Shown here: piece after piece, positions 19,918 to 28,621 of the stretch
Numbering within the stretch: position 1 is the first letter of the stretch
Layout: each line of letters starts with the position of its first letter
IMG/VR virus record: IMGVR_UViG_3300025875_000078
Coordinates: 1-32,357 of that record
Direction: 5' to 3' (one strand)
From: a virus
Taxonomy: Duplodnaviria > Caudoviricetes
Length of the DNA stretch: 32,357 nt
Program-made: the position numbers and the translations under genes
Notes under the pieces: generated by a model
The model's database searches: none
What the model saw: only the letters and a program-made list of their open reading frames with translations
Told to the model about the DNA's origin: nothing

Positions 19918-19967
19918 TCGATCATCGACACCGGGAAGGGTTCCAGTGCCAGCAACCGGAGAACGAA

Positions 19968-20396
19968 ATGACAAACAGCTACACGAAAATGCGGGACGGG
20001 TCCTGGGGGATCCGGGTAGCATCAGAATCTGTCAGACCAGCCGGAACGGTCCGGCGCAAAATTGGGAGAAACATCATGGCCCCAATCACAATCACCCTGA
20101 ATGACGAAAAGTGCGGCATTGCCGCATTGCGCACGGCCATTAAGGCCGCGCTGCTGGTCGCTAACCCTTCCGCAAGGAAGGTTAGAGTTACAGGTCTGAA
20201 AACCTGTGGCTTCCGCAAGGAAACCGGCTACGGCAGGCTTTGGGTAACCTGCGACGGCGGCATGGTCGTCGCCTGGCCCGACCACAGTGTCGCCTATAAG
20301 ATAGGCGACGACCAGTCCACATGGCGAAACTTCGGGGAGCCGAGCGCGACGATGTTCGCGTTTGACTTGGACCTCGTCGCCGAGGTCGCGCTATGA
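19968..20396 (+). CDS. Hypothetical early protein (second in-frame start at 20076)
   Basis: RBS at both 19968 and 20076; stop overlaps the next start. Confidence 0.65.
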   Translation: MTNSYTKMRDGSWGIRVASESVRPAGTVRRKIGRNIMAPITITLNDEKCGIAALRTAIKAALLVANPSARKVRVTGLKTCGFRKETGYGRLWVTCDGGMVVAWPDHSVAYKIGDDQSTWRNFGEPSATMFAFDLDLVAEVAL

Positions 20397-21451
20397 CCTC
20401 AAAAAACGTGGCCGCTCGTGAGATCCGTGCAGCCGCCGCTTCGGTGGTGGGTGCCCGTAGCATGGGCATCACCACCGCGGCCTGCGAGGCCGCGCCTGCC
20501 CTTCTGGCGCGTGCCGAAGAAACCCTCGAATCCATGCTGGCCCGCGCGGCCGGCATGGGACCGTCGGCCCCCTCGATGTCCGCCGAGGGGCGGTACACCG
20601 CCGCCGCGTATGCGGCCGCCGCGTATGCGGCCGCAATAGATGAGCTCCGGGCCGCGCTGGGCCTGGAGACTCACGCGGCTGTCGCGGCCGCCGCCCGCGA
20701 GGTGCGCGATCAAGCGGCGCGGGATTCCGCAGAAATCAGCGCGGCGGAAGAGTCCTCCATGCAGGCGGCTATTGATGCCGCCAACCAGGCCGCCCGCACC
20801 GCGGCGTGCGATGCCATGTCCAGGCTGGTCGTGGATGGGCGTGGCCGACGTGTGTGTATCACGTCACGGTCCTCGTATTCCGAGGGCCGTATGTCCAGCT
20901 TGGGCGGCTGGAATGCAGGTGGCGATGTCATGGCCAGGAGTATGGTCATGACGGCCGAGGATGGCCGGGATGTAACCGGCGAGGTCGTCGCCACGGTCGA
21001 GGGCGAGTTCCGCCTGGAGCAGCCCTACTGCCGGTCGTACCCAAACGGCGGCGAGACCTGGCATGGCGGCGGGCTAGTGCCTGTCGCCTCAACGGCCACA
21101 AGCGAGTGGCTGCCGGCCGGGTCCCGCGTCCCAGAGTGGCGGAGTGAGTCCCGAGTGGCGGCTGATTGGACTGCCGCCGACCTGGCGCGTGCCGACGACG
21201 CCATGATCACCGATCTGGCGGCGATGCCGGAAGCCTGGCTACAGGAGCGGGCTAATCTGGTGGCGGCGTTCGCGGGTGACCCAGACTCCGCCTATGGCGG
21301 GCAGAGCGGACGGAAGTATTCCGTCCGCTCCGAATTACGCACGGACCTGGTCGAGTACCAGGCCGCACAACGTGCCGCCGAAGCGGCGAAATCCGCCCGG
21401 GTGGCGTCTTCACCGTTCGCGGCGCTGGCCGCACTGAGGGGATCGTTATGA
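20393..21451 (+). CDS. Ala-rich hypothetical protein
   Basis: 352 aa; ATGA-coupled on both sides; C-terminal SPFAALAALR. Confidence 0.7.
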   Translation: MTSKNVAAREIRAAAASVVGARSMGITTAACEAAPALLARAEETLESMLARAAGMGPSAPSMSAEGRYTAAAYAAAAYAAAIDELRAALGLETHAAVAAAAREVRDQAARDSAEISAAEESSMQAAIDAANQAARTAACDAMSRLVVDGRGRRVCITSRSSYSEGRMSSLGGWNAGGDVMARSMVMTAEDGRDVTGEVVATVEGEFRLEQPYCRSYPNGGETWHGGGLVPVASTATSEWLPAGSRVPEWRSESRVAADWTAADLARADDAMITDLAAMPEAWLQERANLVAAFAGDPDSAYGGQSGRKYSVRSELRTDLVEYQAAQRAAEAAKSARVASSPFAALAALRGSL

Positions 21452-21882
21452 GCATCATCAACCTAACCCAACACCCTGCTACCCACGAGCAGGTCTCGGC
21501 AGGCGTATTCGACCTGCCGCCGGGTTTGCGTGGCGACCTGGTCGCCATGCTGACCTTTGATGCACTCCCTGGCGCGGATGAAGTCCGCGATCGCGCCCAC
21601 GATATAGCCGTAATGGCGTCGATGCTGGCAAGCGGCGAGGACCGCGCCGAAGAAGCTGGCGATGAGGTCGCGGAGAGCGATCTGGGGGCATTTGCCCTGA
21701 GCGCCATGATCGGCGGTGCACCGTATCTCATGGCACCGCTCGAAATTGCTTTGCGCGAGCAGGGCATCGAACCAGTCTACGCCTTCTCGGTGCGCGAAAG
21801 CACCGAGCAGGTGCAGCAGGATGGTAGCGTCAGGAAGGTCAACACCTTCCGCCACGCCGGGTTTGTTCCGGCTGTGGAATAA
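21448..21882 (+). CDS. Csx20/Csx15-like (CARF-related) protein, candidate viral ring nuclease
   Basis: IINLTQHPATHEQ...AMIGGAPYLM..LE.AL...GIEPVYAFSVRES.E....DG..RK...FRHAGF; resembles the recalled Csx20/Csx15 pattern. Confidence 0.55.
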   Translation: MSIINLTQHPATHEQVSAGVFDLPPGLRGDLVAMLTFDALPGADEVRDRAHDIAVMASMLASGEDRAEEAGDEVAESDLGAFALSAMIGGAPYLMAPLEIALREQGIEPVYAFSVRESTEQVQQDGSVRKVNTFRHAGFVPAVE

Positions 21883-21893
21883 GGGGAAACGCA

Positions 21894-22031
21894 ATGGCTG
21901 AAATAAGCGTTTCCGAGTTGGCTCTCGCAATCGGGAGCGATAAAGAGATGAGCGGATTCCCGCACACCGCCGCCAGGTCGGTTACCTGGTATGTCGAGGC
22001 GCTTGGCGCTGAGGCACACTCTTGGAGTTAG
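21894..22031 (+). CDS. Small hypothetical protein (45 aa, not in ORF track)
   Basis: AAGGGG RBS; MAEISVSELALAIGSDKEMSGFPHTAARSVTWYVEALGAEAHSWS fills the intergenic gap. Confidence 0.5.
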   Translation: MAEISVSELALAIGSDKEMSGFPHTAARSVTWYVEALGAEAHSWS

Positions 22032-22033
22032 TC

Positions 22034-23002
22034 ATGAAAAACATCACCATTACCGCGGTAATTGACCGCAATGTCGCAATCGCCGCTGGCCGGTCAGAGT
22101 ATGGGGAGGTAGATATCCCCGTTGACGTCGGCTCCCTGACAACAGAGCAGCGGGCCATCTTGGCCCGCCTGGACCGAATCGTGACTGACGGGTTTCTGCG
22201 ATATCCGCTACGGCTCCCTCGGGTGCCAGCCGATATTGCAGAAACGCTACCGCAGTACCTGGACGCCTGCCACGCGATCATCGTCGCGGCAGACGCGGCT
22301 GAGGCGGAGAAACAGGCTGCCAATGCGGCTAAGTGCCGCGTGATCGCAGTGGCCGCGCTCGCCCTCCCGGTGGATGCTTGGATATCGCGGGGCCGGGTGA
22401 GTATGCCAGGCGACACCTGCCAATTTGAAGCACCGGTAGACATGCGCGCGGCGCTCAACGCCCGTCGCGCCGAGGCGACGGCGATTGTTAACGCAGCAGA
22501 AGCGGCTCGGCTAGAGAAGTGCGCCGAGGAAGAAAACGCCAAGCGCGAGGCCGAGAAAGACCTAGAAGCAAAACGCAGTGCGCAGTATGCCGAATGGGTA
22601 GCCACCTACGGGACGATTTCCGAGAAGGCGCGCTATGCGCGTGGGCTGCTCTCCCGCGAGGCAATTCTCTCCGGGATGCGGGAGCAGGCCTTTTCGCCGC
22701 TTGCCGGGTTGGCCAGGTACGAGAAGATCGCGCTAGACGATGTGCTAGAGTCCTACGGCGTCGATGACGGCGAGCTTTCCTGCGCTTCCTACGACGCGGA
22801 TTCCGCCAGCGATGATCAGTTCGGCCTGCTTCAGGAAGTCGAGCGGCTCATGGAAGGCGCTACCTGCACTCTCCGTGGTCACCGCTGCGTACTCGCAAGC
22901 AGCAGCAGCGAAGAAGACGACGCTCATGCGATCGTGCGCATGAGTATCCACGTGTCCGCCGTGGTCGGTTACCTCACGTTCAGCCGCGAATACGCGGCCT
23001 GA
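22034..23002 (+). CDS. Hypothetical protein
   Basis: GGAG RBS before ATG 22034; about 322 aa with a central coiled coil. Confidence 0.75.
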   Translation: MKNITITAVIDRNVAIAAGRSEYGEVDIPVDVGSLTTEQRAILARLDRIVTDGFLRYPLRLPRVPADIAETLPQYLDACHAIIVAADAAEAEKQAANAAKCRVIAVAALALPVDAWISRGRVSMPGDTCQFEAPVDMRAALNARRAEATAIVNAAEAARLEKCAEEENAKREAEKDLEAKRSAQYAEWVATYGTISEKARYARGLLSREAILSGMREQAFSPLAGLARYEKIALDDVLESYGVDDGELSCASYDADSASDDQFGLLQEVERLMEGATCTLRGHRCVLASSSSEEDDAHAIVRMSIHVSAVVGYLTFSREYAA

Positions 23003-23082
23003 CCCCACTCAGCTTCACGCCGGGTTGTTCCGGTTGTGGGGAAAGAAAAAAACCGATAATCGCATGACGATTCGGTGCCAGT

Positions 23083-23249
23083 GGCCACTACAGGATTTAA
23101 TCCTCCGGCTACTGGCCTGGACGGTGCCCACGGAGTACGCGAGTAGGCAGGAGCCGAAAGCCGACGTGGCGAAACCAAGCGCACCGCAAGCGCCACCCGG
23201 CTGGAAGGCCGGACCTATTGATTTGATTGAAAAAGGAAAAATAGAATGA
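23083..23249 (+). CDS. Small hypothetical protein or remnant
   Basis: ORF whose stop overlaps the next ATG at 23246. Confidence 0.3.
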
Positions 23250-23380
23250 GCATTAGAAAATTGATTAGTTTTGTTAGGTCGTTTTTTGTGAAGCAAAAAA
23301 CAATCGTAGTGGACACCGCAGCCCGCAACTGGGTTGCCCTGGATTATCCGACCTACCTTAGACGGGAAAAGGGGAAATAG
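23246..23380 (+). CDS. Small hypothetical protein (44 aa)
   Basis: AAGGA RBS; MSIRKLISFVRSFFVKQKTIVV... Confidence 0.35.
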   Translation: MSIRKLISFVRSFFVKQKTIVVDTAARNWVALDYPTYLRREKGK

Positions 23381-23486
23381 TGATGGTAATCAAGTGCGTT
23401 AATGAGAATTGTCTACGGCGTCTTAATCCCTTTGTTTTCAGGGCATTCGATAATCGGAATATGCGAGCCAAAAAGGAGGCAGCGTC

Positions 23487-24389
23487 ATGAGCGTCGCTTA
23501 TAAGGCATTCGGCATGGATATGCAATGCCGCGGTTACCAGTACGAGGTCGGGAAAACTTACACCCATAATAGCGAAGTAAAGCTTTGCGAATCCGGCTTC
23601 CATGCATGTGAATACCCACTTGACGTTTTTAGCTACTACCCCCCGGCCCGTAGTCAGTTCGCCATCGTCGAACAAGCCGGGAACCTGGACCGCCATGGTA
23701 ACGACTCGAAGGTTGCCAGCGAGTCGATAACAGTCAAGGCAAAGATTGACATAGCAGATATGGTGAAAGCTTCCATCGAATACACCAGTAGCCGGTGCAA
23801 TCCAATTTGCCCAGACTCGCCGGCGTCGGCTACGGGCTATCAGAGCGCTGCATCGGCTACGGGCTGTCAGGGGTCGGCATCAGCCACAAGCGACCATAGT
23901 GCTGCATCGGCTACGGGCTGTCAGGGGTCGGCATCAGCCACAAGCGACCATAGTGCTGCATCGGCTACGGGCTACCGGGGTGCGGCGTCGGCTACGGGAG
24001 ACTTGGGCGCAGCATCGGCTACCGGATGGTATGGCGCGGCGTCGGCTACTGGCGAGTGTGGCTCGGCATCAGCTACAGGCTACTTGGGAGCGGCATCGGC
24101 AACAGGCGACTATAGCACGGCATCGGCAGATGGAAAGCAGGGGGCGGCATCGGCTACAGGTAAGAATAGCGCGGCGTCGGCATCAGGAGAACAGTCTGTG
24201 GCGTGTGGCCTCGGATGCTCGTCTAAATCCATGGCAGCAAAGCACAGCGGAGCAATTGTTCTCGTCCATAGGGATAGTGGCGGGAACATTATTCACATCC
24301 GTGCCAGTAAGGTCGGAGAAAATGGGGTCAAGCCTAACGTCTGGTATTCGCTGAACGTGGACGGGGAATTTGTGGAGGAAACGTCATGA
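23487..24389 (+). CDS. Phage DUF7666-type protein with (ASATGxxxA)n repeats
   Basis: AYKAF..DMQCRGYQYEVGKTY...CESGFHACEYPLDVFSYY N-terminal domain; 9-aa repeats; VGENGVKPNVWYSL C-terminus; AAGGAGG RBS. Confidence 0.85.
   Translation: MSVAYKAFGMDMQCRGYQYEVGKTYTHNSEVKLCESGFHACEYPLDVFSYYPPARSQFAIVEQAGNLDRHGNDSKVASESITVKAKIDIADMVKASIEYTSSRCNPICPDSPASATGYQSAASATGCQGSASATSDHSAASATGCQGSASATSDHSAASATGYRGAASATGDLGAASATGWYGAASATGECGSASATGYLGAASATGDYSTASADGKQGAASATGKNSAASASGEQSVACGLGCSSKSMAAKHSGAIVLVHRDSGGNIIHIRASKVGENGVKPNVWYSLNVDGEFVEETS
23820..24190 (+). repeat. 27-nt coding tandem repeat with an exact 54-bp duplication
   Basis: 23847-23900 is identical to 23901-23954. Confidence 0.9.
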
Positions 24390-24439
24390 GCACCAAACTA
24401 CTAACTTGGATAAGTGTATGTACATAGGAAATTTAGATT

Positions 24440-24683
24440 ATGAATATCATTCGTAATATACAAGTACCAACCGGGAATATCCTTGTTGTTAATGGTGATA
24501 AAGGTAAACTGGAACTTCTATTTTGACATTTAATCCGTATAAAGAACACGAAGGAAATCTAAAAAAGCAGGATACGATGTTCTTGTTTTTATAGCATCTG
24601 AAGAGGAAGATTTAGGGCGTATAACATGCGGAAATGCAATCTTAAGTGGAACAATGCCATTATGTGAACATAAAGAGATATAA
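24440..24683 (+). pseudogene. Internally deleted RlmN/Cfr-like radical SAM gene
   Basis: N-terminal fragment MNIIRNIQVPTGNILVVNGDKGKLELL followed by C-terminal fragment AGYDVLVFIASEEEDLGRITCGNAILSG; CxxxCxxC core absent; AT-rich. Confidence 0.55.
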
Positions 24684-24856
24684 GCATAATGTATATACAC
24701 AAGAAAGTGCGGACAATTTGCAATTTAGATTAAGGTAACTGTTCCACGCCATAGATGGGGGGCTTTCAGCTACATCATAGGGATCACGATGCGTGAATCT
24801 GAAGAAAGTAAACACCGGCAACCTACGGTTGCGACACATGGCGCACCACCCGCCCA

Positions 24857-25207
24857 TTACAGCGCCCTCGCGGCCTGACGTACCAGTTCCTTGACCTGTG
24901 CTGCTGGCATCCGGTCCAAGTGGTAGATGCAGTTATGCGTGCGCTTGTTCAGGAAGCGCCAGAGAACCGCAGCGCGAAGCAGAGGGGCGATCTCGTTAAT
25001 GCGCTTCTCTGTTGTCTCCGCATCACGTTCGTCGATTACATCTTGTCGATCTTCTTCCTCGCCACAATAGCCACCAACCACCTCTCTAAACATCGGTGAT
25101 ACAGGCGGGAAGTAGTGCCTCATCACGATTGATATGTATCCTGACCTACACCACGCCGCCCAGTTACCCAGGCGACGCATCCCTTCCTCAGTCCTAGACT
25201 CCGACAT
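24857..25207 (-). CDS. Antiterminator Q-like late-gene regulator
   Basis: RRLGNWAAWCRSG N-terminus; IDERDAETTEKRI..I...LRAAV...F pattern. Confidence 0.6.
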   Translation of the reverse strand: MSESRTEEGMRRLGNWAAWCRSGYISIVMRHYFPPVSPMFREVVGGYCGEEEDRQDVIDERDAETTEKRINEIAPLLRAAVLWRFLNKRTHNCIYHLDRMPAAQVKELVRQAARAL

Positions 25208-25395
25208 TCAGCATCTCCGTCTAACGCACACAATGATTACTCAAGAACTCGTGTTAGATAGTACCCCGATTTCTTCTCCAAGCGCGTAAACCAGTTACAG
25301 GAACTCGGCAAGCTGGAATTCAAACAAAGGCCGCATGGGGCGCAAGTATTCTTGGTTTCGTTTGGGCAATACTTGGCGCTTCATTATCTGTGGCA

Positions 25396-25587
25396 TTAAC
25401 TGAAATGCTTAATGACAAGAACGAATGTATTACCGCCAGCACCAACAATCATTCCGGACAGCAAGTAAAAAGTCGGCCAATACAAGTTGATGCGGCCAAA
25501 CCCCCATCCGGAAGTGCTGTTGACATACCAATAAAAAACCATGAGCAAGGCAAATAGCAACAATATAGAAGCAGCAATCCCTAACAT
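25396..25587 (-). CDS. Small two-TM membrane protein
   Basis: 63 aa hydrophobic ORF starting within the attC-like core. Confidence 0.5.
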   Translation of the reverse strand: MLGIAASILLLFALLMVFYWYVNSTSGWGFGRINLYWPTFYLLSGMIVGAGGNTFVLVIKHFS

Positions 25588-25668
25588 GGCGCTCGACCCG
25601 GACGCTCGAACATGCGGCTTTGGTCTTCGCTGGCGTGACCACTCGCGCCGGTTAGCTCTACGTTGGGC
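25579..25668 (+). mobile_element. Integron attC-like recombination site
   Basis: CCCTAAC-atggc-GCTCGACCCGGACGC ... GCGCCGGTTAGC-tctac-GTTGGGC; R''/L''/L'/R' spacing with unpaired bases; 90 bp. Confidence 0.75.
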
Positions 25669-25931
25669 GTCAATGGCATGTTCGGCTGCGTCTGTACGCT
25701 CAGCGATCCGACAAGTGGAAGGTTCAAGCCCGCGAGAAAGTTAAGGCCCGTCCCATAGCGATGCGTACGCATGAAGTAGAGGCCAATTTTTCCGGCGTGT
25801 TGCGGAGTCCATGTGACATTCCACCTCCACGTCAAAGACCATTTCCAGTGCCATGCCGCCAGCGTGTAGCTGCTGCACGGAGTCCCGTTGCAGTGCTGCC
25901 GCTCAATAAGTGTAAGTTGTTTCGTTTTCAT
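25581..25931 (-). CDS. Hypothetical cassette-borne protein
   Basis: AAAGGA RBS; Trp-rich; C-terminus (LTPNVELTG...) reads through the attC. Confidence 0.6.
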   Translation of the reverse strand: MKTKQLTLIERQHCNGTPCSSYTLAAWHWKWSLTWRWNVTWTPQHAGKIGLYFMRTHRYGTGLNFLAGLNLPLVGSLSVQTQPNMPLTPNVELTGASGHASEDQSRMFERPGRAPC

Positions 25932-25954
25932 GTCGCTATCCTTTCAAAAGTTAC

Positions 25955-25997
25955 GCCCAACTGTCGGTTCAACCGGACGATGTCAATCTGGTGAAGC
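25955..25997 (+). mobile_element. Degenerate or truncated second attC-like site
   Basis: GCCCAAC-tgtcg-GTTCAACCGGAC left arm; ACGCCCAAC is the exact complement of GTTGGGCGT at 25662; right GTT core missing. Confidence 0.5.
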
Positions 25998-26125
25998 AAT
26001 GCCTCTACTGCCGTAAGAAGCGCATCTGTTTCATTCTTACGCTGATCCATATCACAAATGGAGCAATTCCCCCACTGCATTCAGTGTTTGCAATCCCTTG
26101 GGTGCTCCCCTGTAACCATAGCTAT

Positions 26126-26398
26126 CTACTCCTCTTCCAGTCTCTTCCCACAAAACGCGCAAAAAAACATATTGTTTCCGTGCGGCGTACCCTCTGTTAC
26201 CTCAAAGCGGTTACCGCATTCGGTATCCCATGCGCCATCCTCATCCAAAACCCATTTACATGTTTCGCTCGTTTCGCCCCGCTGCTCACTGCTTTCGCTG
26301 TCGCGTTCTAGCAGTAATTCTGTCAGTTGTTGCACCTGTTTGCTTAATTCTACAATGCAATTCTGGTGGTAAAGTTCTGTGAATGTTAATAGTGACAT
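26126..26398 (-). CDS. Small Zn-finger hypothetical protein
   Basis: TCKW...WDTECG..F...FCAFCGKRL; AGGAG RBS. Confidence 0.75.
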   Translation of the reverse strand: MSLLTFTELYHQNCIVELSKQVQQLTELLLERDSESSEQRGETSETCKWVLDEDGAWDTECGNRFEVTEGTPHGNNMFFCAFCGKRLEEE

Positions 26399-26475
26399 CA
26401 GATTTTGCTCCTAATTCTCGGGTTAGCTAATGAAGTTCATCCTTTGAATGTGCCGCCTTTAACATATGGTGTATT

Positions 26476-26904
26476 TTAGAACGGAATATCGTCATCCATG
26501 TACGCCTTGGTTCCACCACCAACTTGATGTTGTGCGGCATGGCGCGTCGGATCTGAATCGGAACGCTCCTGGGTTGAATGGTTTTCTTTGGTGGAACCGC
26601 CCGCCAGTTCGATTTCCATAACGCGGGCAACAAGTTTGTACCCTGCGCCATTCTTGCCCTGGTACTCCTCAATGTGCGGTTCGCCAAGCACCACGTCTAC
26701 CAGACCGCCCTTGAGCAGATAAGGAGCCAGCGCCTCGGCGCGCTTGCCCCACAGCGAGGCATCTACCCACTGGCTTGGCCTCCTATTGTCCTCACCCTTC
26801 CGTCCGTAGTTAAAGGCCAGCGACAAATTGCACACCGCATCGCCGTTACTCAGGAAACGCACAAGTGCATCCCCACCCAATCTTGTTAGTCCAGTCATAA
26901 TCAT
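26476..26904 (-). CDS. ssb: Single-stranded DNA-binding protein
   Basis: RLGGDALVRF...SQWVDASLWGKRAEALAPYLLKG OB fold; acidic DDDIPF tail. Confidence 0.95.
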   Translation of the reverse strand: MIMTGLTRLGGDALVRFLSNGDAVCNLSLAFNYGRKGEDNRRPSQWVDASLWGKRAEALAPYLLKGGLVDVVLGEPHIEEYQGKNGAGYKLVARVMEIELAGGSTKENHSTQERSDSDPTRHAAQHQVGGGTKAYMDDDIPF

Positions 26905-27713
26905 TTACTACTCCTTGATGGTTGAATCCTCACATCAGACTCGTTGCGACTATCGGCCTGTTGCGGAACGTCGAGCGATAATTCTCTCCGTTCCCTAGCT
27001 CTTTCCCAGTGGTCGCCAAACCTCATTGTGAGTTTGCACGTCTCGCGCAAGTAGCGATCCAAGTCATGCGTCATCTGGCCTACCGCATCGGCAAATATCT
27101 TCATCTTCGCTTCGTCGCGCTCAATTATGATGGCGTGAAACGGCCTCTCGTACATCCGGGGGTTGTAGTTGCAGAAGTGCCAGAACTCGGCGCCGGTGAC
27201 AAACATGGAAAACTGCATCTGTTCCATGTACTCTTGTTTCGGGACTTCTCCGCCAATGAAATCCATGTAGACCGCATTAGTGAATGGGCACTTGATCTCG
27301 GCACCGCTGTACTCGTCCACAATTCCATCCGGGCTACATCCGTAGCGCATCCCAACATCGCCATAGATGAACGGTATTTCATGCACCGGCAGGCCAGTAT
27401 GGAAGGCGAATGTTGCACGTGCATCCGATTCGTTGGACTGCCCCCACTCGGTCTGCTTGAAGCCACGGCTATCCTCGGCATCTGCCATGATCTCTCCGGC
27501 CAGTTCGAGCATGTAGGCCTTACGCGCCGCGCCAGGACCCTTGCCAGAACGGTCGGTGGCGATCAGGTCTTTAGCCCGGCTGGCGGTAATCACTCCTCGG
27601 CGCATCAGTATCCACTCCGGAGAACCTTGTTCTACTGCCGCGCCATCGAAGCCCATGCGAGCCATTGTCAGCGCGGATAGTTCGGCACGCATCTGCTCCA
27701 TAGACTTCATCAT
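26901..27713 (-). CDS. YqaJ / lambda-exonuclease family recombination nuclease
   Basis: EQGSPEW...RRGVITAS, WG..NE..AR, GCSPDG, EIKCP, YMEQMQFSMFVTG. Confidence 0.95.
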   Translation of the reverse strand: MMKSMEQMRAELSALTMARMGFDGAAVEQGSPEWILMRRGVITASRAKDLIATDRSGKGPGAARKAYMLELAGEIMADAEDSRGFKQTEWGQSNESDARATFAFHTGLPVHEIPFIYGDVGMRYGCSPDGIVDEYSGAEIKCPFTNAVYMDFIGGEVPKQEYMEQMQFSMFVTGAEFWHFCNYNPRMYERPFHAIIIERDEAKMKIFADAVGQMTHDLDRYLRETCKLTMRFGDHWERARERRELSLDVPQQADSRNESDVRIQPSRSSK

Positions 27714-28621
27714 GGCGCCACCACCGCTAGGGCAATAGAAATTACACTCGCCGCCTCGTTCCGCGTCAAGTCTGAAATGGTCGGTACGTCGCGCTTGACC
27801 GACTTGTGCTGGGCGCACCAGCCGCGCAATTGTTCCCATGTCTTACCCTTCTTTGTCAGCCCAGCCTCGATCTGGGCAATCTGCTCGACCGTAATAGCGA
27901 TGTCCTCAACCACAGGCTCTTCTGATAGGACGATTCCCTCGCCGCCGTCAGTGTCCATGTAGTGCACCGCCTGTTCTAGGCGGCTTCCATTCTCGCCTTT
28001 AGGCCAGGTTTTAGCGGCCTGCTTTATTACCGTCTTTTTAATCATCTCCTCCGGGTCCGTCACCCATGGGCCTGACTTGCGCTTGTACGCCTCGGAGCGG
28101 CCCCTGATCTTATCTATCAGGCTCATTGGCATAGCATGGGTGAGGAAGTCGCCATTTGGTAGCTTCACGGTAACGTAGGCGCCGATGATGTCCCCGCGCT
28201 CATCGCTGAACGGGTTATAGGTATGGATCGGCTCTTGTGACAGTCCGCGCATCTCGAAAGTATCCGAATTGCGCACTACGCGAGCCTGCCCCCAGAGGAT
28301 ACACCCGTCCTGCATGGCCATTTGTAGGAGGCCCATGTAGGAAATGTCCAGGCACACCTTCTGGTTGCGCGGCACCAGATACGCCTGCTTGGCGGCTGGA
28401 TTGAGGCTGATCCCGATGGCCGCCACGTTGACGATGGCCGCCTTAAGGCTGTCTGGGTTTCCCAGGGCGACCTTCATCAAAAAGTCGTTGCCAGACAGAA
28501 CTTGCATGGCAAACCCTGACTCGGCTGCCCACTTGGCGTCGGTATCGAAGCCTGGCCTTGCGGCCGCCAGAAACGTGCCCTTTTGGGCCGATACCATGGT
28601 TTGCAGTTGTGTTGCGCTCAT
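27710..28621 (-). CDS. recT: RecT-family single-strand annealing protein
   Basis: NVAAIGISLNPAAKQAYLVPR...LDISYMGL, GPWVTDPEEMIKKTVIK. Confidence 0.95.
   Translation of the reverse strand: MSATQLQTMVSAQKGTFLAAARPGFDTDAKWAAESGFAMQVLSGNDFLMKVALGNPDSLKAAIVNVAAIGISLNPAAKQAYLVPRNQKVCLDISYMGLLQMAMQDGCILWGQARVVRNSDTFEMRGLSQEPIHTYNPFSDERGDIIGAYVTVKLPNGDFLTHAMPMSLIDKIRGRSEAYKRKSGPWVTDPEEMIKKTVIKQAAKTWPKGENGSRLEQAVHYMDTDGGEGIVLSEEPVVEDIAITVEQIAQIEAGLTKKGKTWEQLRGWCAQHKSVKRDVPTISDLTRNEAASVISIALAVVAP

Noticed and set aside
23493-23504. Gapped match GT.GC.TA.AA between array unit 1 dinucleotides and the start of the DUF7666 gene
   Set aside because: Only 4 dinucleotides match and the flanking ones do not, which is expected by chance in 32 kb.
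25260-25395. Short minus-strand ORF fragments with faint NinB-like wording (AEFL*LVYALGEEIGV)
   Set aside because: Too short and interrupted to support a call without a search.
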